Of a stretch of DNA of 64,000 nt, positions 62,180 to 64,000 are shown in pieces (position 1 is the stretch's first letter; each line of letters begins with the position of its first letter). A program made the position numbers and the translations under genes. Source of the DNA: Pirellulales bacterium (GTDB lineage Bacteria; Planctomycetota; Planctomycetia; Pirellulales; JBFWUW01). The notes below the pieces were generated by a model that saw nothing but the letters and a program-made list of their open reading frames with translations, had not been told where the DNA came from and did no database searches. The DNA lies in NCBI GenBank assembly GCA_050247075.1, contig JBFWUW010000037.1:1-64000 (forward strand). The letters run 5' to 3'.

Positions 62180-63220
62180 TTACCCAACCACTATATTCGC
62201 CCGTTGTTCCGCCGCGCGCACCCGGGCGATAGCACCGCTGTTGAATTGCAAGGCATCGGCTTCGATGCCGTCGGAAAAGACTACACCGCCCGCGGGCATC
62301 AACGATTCCAAGATCAGTTCCTGGCCCGCATCGAGCAGACCGGCAACCAGATTGGTGTGCGAATGCTTGCTGGCAAACGGTTCGCGAACGGCCCACAGCA
62401 GCCGCCGGTCTTCCCACGGCAACTGCTGGCCGACGCTCACCGATTCTCCCTGCCAGGCGGCCACCCCCTGCACCATGTTGAACACCGAGGAGAACCAGCC
62501 GGTCGAGCCAGCCCCGGTCGAAACCAGCACGCCGCTGGACGATTGCGGCTCCTCCCGATCTTGCACCCGCAGCACATAGCGGGCCGATACATGGCTGGCC
62601 GCGCCCAAAAAGAAATCATTGAAAGCCAGCAGGCGCTGCCCGTCGTTCAGCTCGACCTCGGCCAGCGTGACCGGCCGAACCTTGGCCTTGCCCTCCAGGA
62701 CTCGGCCGACGGCCCGCCTGGCCTGGTTCGTTTTAAAGGGCAGCAACACGCCGTCAATCCGCAACGGATCGGGGTTGACCGCCACGATCGGCAGATGCCG
62801 CACGTACTTGGCGACATTGGCCACCAAACCATCTTGGCCCACCACCACGACCAATTCGCACGTTTGAAACTCAAAATTGGGCACGAAGTCGCGATCCACG
62901 AATTTGATCGGCAGGCCAAAATCGAGCTCTCGCTCCAGCGCTTCCAGCGAACCGCGATAGGCGTCATCTTCCTGCTGGTACGCGCGAATCGTGGCTTCGG
63001 CCGTTTCGTCATAGTCGGTTTCTGGCACCGCACGCGATACTTGCCGCGTGGCCGCCTTGGCGGGATTTCCGCGGCTGTCGTGTGCCGCTCGCCGCGCGCG
63101 TTCATGCACTTGGGCCTGCCCCAGCGCAAAGGCCGCCATGCTGGCGGTGGCGTACCGCTCGCGCAGCCCTTGCATGCGGGTCTTGCGCGTCACGACGGCA
63201 ATGCCGAGCTTAATTCCCAT
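62180..63220 (-). CDS. NAD kinase-like (ATP-NAD/diacylglycerol kinase superfamily) protein, divergent
   Basis: VVVGQDGLVANV (GGDG-like) and SGVLVSTGAGSTGWFSSV (DGxxxSTxxGSTAY-like). Start at internal ATG 63220. The track start would translate the REP-like repeat. Confidence 0.5.
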   Translation of the reverse strand: MGIKLGIAVVTRKTRMQGLRERYATASMAAFALGQAQVHERARRAAHDSRGNPAKAATRQVSRAVPETDYDETAEATIRAYQQEDDAYRGSLEALERELDFGLPIKFVDRDFVPNFEFQTCELVVVVGQDGLVANVAKYVRHLPIVAVNPDPLRIDGVLLPFKTNQARRAVGRVLEGKAKVRPVTLAEVELNDGQRLLAFNDFFLGAASHVSARYVLRVQDREEPQSSSGVLVSTGAGSTGWFSSVFNMVQGVAAWQGESVSVGQQLPWEDRRLLWAVREPFASKHSHTNLVAGLLDAGQELILESLMPAGGVVFSDGIEADALQFNSGAIARVRAAEQRANIVVG

Positions 63221-63244
63221 ACGAATGTCCCAACCAAAGCCCTT

Positions 63245-63352
63245 TCCAGGCTCCCTCTCCCGGTACTCCGGGAGAGGGTTGGGGTGAGGGCTATGTGGCG
63301 AAAGACCGTCCATCCACAACCCTCACTCGGCCCTTTCTCCGAGGGTGAGGGT
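63245..63352. repeat. REP-like composite palindromic intergenic repeat, copy 2 (inverted relative to copy 1)
   Basis: ctccctctcccggtactccgggagagggttggggtgaggg ... aaccctcactcggccctttctccgagggtgagggtt. It lies between the SPFH gene stop (63366) and the NADK-like start (63220). Confidence 0.6.
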
Positions 63353-63365
63353 TCGCACGCGATTT

Positions 63366-64000
63366 TCATTCGCGATTCAACAGGCTGTTCAACAGATCGG
63401 GCGAGACGTTCAGTTCGCCGATTTTGCCCGCGTTCTCGGCCAAACTCTGAAAAGCCAAGGCAATAATGGCCTTGGCGTCGGCTCCACCGCCTGCTGCCGC
63501 CATGAGGGTTTTCCAATCGACCCCCTTGAGCGGTTCCAAGATGGCCTGCAAGGCATGCGCCTTGGCGTCGGCCTCTTTCCGCTCGTTGGCCACGCGGCGA
63601 TCGACCAGTTCGGCCCGCCGTTCCTCAACGGCAATCTCGGCCGACATCTGCGTTTCACGAACCATTCGCCGTTTCTGCTCCACGGCAATCTCCGTGTTCA
63701 GTTCGTTCTCTTTGATCGTTCTTTCCAACTCCACGGCCGCGTTGCGGCGGGCATAGATGGCCTCGTCCGCCTCGCGCAACAGTTGCTCGCGGGCGGCGGC
63801 CTGCAACGCCTTGGCCATGTCGGGCGTCGGCTTGACCGACAAGATCGACAGGGCCACGATTTCCGCGCCCAACATGCCGGTCACTTCCGACGCTTTCAAC
63901 CCCGTCAAAACGTCGGCCACCAGCAAGTCGCTGCTGGTCAACAGTTCGCGTAACTTGCGCTGCTGCGTGTAGGCCCGCGTGAGGATTTGCGCGACGTGGA
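63366..64000 (-). CDS. SPFH/band-7 (flotillin/YqiK-like) domain protein, 5'-truncated by window edge
   Basis: ...TQQRKLRELLTSSDLLVADVLTGLKASEVTGMLGAEIVALSILSVKPTPDMAKALQAAAREQLLREADEAIYARRNAAVELERTIKENELNTEIAVEQKRR... The reading frame continues past position 64000. Confidence 0.7.
   Translation of the reverse strand, partial: HVAQILTRAYTQQRKLRELLTSSDLLVADVLTGLKASEVTGMLGAEIVALSILSVKPTPDMAKALQAAAREQLLREADEAIYARRNAAVELERTIKENELNTEIAVEQKRRMVRETQMSAEIAVEERRAELVDRRVANERKEADAKAHALQAILEPLKGVDWKTLMAAAGGGADAKAIIALAFQSLAENAGKIGELNVSPDLLNSLLNRE

Noticed and set aside
63048-63516. ORFs 63048..63287 (+) and 63190..63516 (-), and the 63220-63319 extension of the NADK-like ORF
   Set aside because: They translate the REP-like palindromic repeat, giving the PLPEYRE / SRYSGRGLG peptides also seen at the other copy (25159..25479 ORFs). 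Repeat-derived, not genes.

Overview
High-GC (~60-65%) chromosomal segment with the gene content typical of Planctomycetota (Pirellula/Rhodopirellula-like). Recognisable elements include a PSCyt/PSD giant heme-motif protein, a DUF1549/DUF1553 plus DUF1501 pair and an orphan DUF1501, an ECF sigma factor next to a Ser/Thr kinase carrying FGE-sulfatase and beta-propeller domains, a BlaI/BlaR1-like pair, and a sulfatase. Most ORFs in the six-frame track are GC-driven shadow ORFs on the strand opposite real genes. The track also uses non-ATG starts, so several starts were moved to internal ATGs that begin signal peptides or follow Shine-Dalgarno motifs. About 50 CDSs are called: PutA, two Gfo/Idh/MocA oxidoreductases, two tandem cyclophilins, an RsmD-like methyltransferase, a cupin, an M28 peptidase, LptF/G, a VWA protein, two SPFH proteins and others. 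There is one tRNA-like gene whose acceptor stem does not pair as read. The left edge (1-1310) looks degraded and carries a treY-like pseudogene fragment. The most interesting signals are: (i) two tandem genes for small secreted, extremely Cys-rich peptides (53.7-54.4 kb) next to paralogous Gly/Tyr- and Pro/Tyr-rich low-complexity secreted TPR proteins that flank an LptF/G gene, possibly an uncharacterised cell-envelope protein set; (ii) a dispersed element made of GTAGGAGG followed by a 15-bp palindrome GGCGnTTCCAnCGCC, seen at four places upstream of unrelated genes; (iii) a REP-like composite palindromic repeat present twice in opposite orientation; (iv) a BlaR1-type M56 sensor protease whose sensor domain is replaced by a basic insertion and a long poly-acidic coiled-coil tail; (v) a cytoplasmic BNR/sialidase-like protein heading an apparent sugar-acid catabolic operon with two DapA/NAL-family lyases, an enolase-superfamily dehydratase, an oxidoreductase and an HpcH aldolase; (vi) a small Lys/Ala-rich histone-H1-like protein. 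No CRISPR array, rRNA or clear transposase was found.
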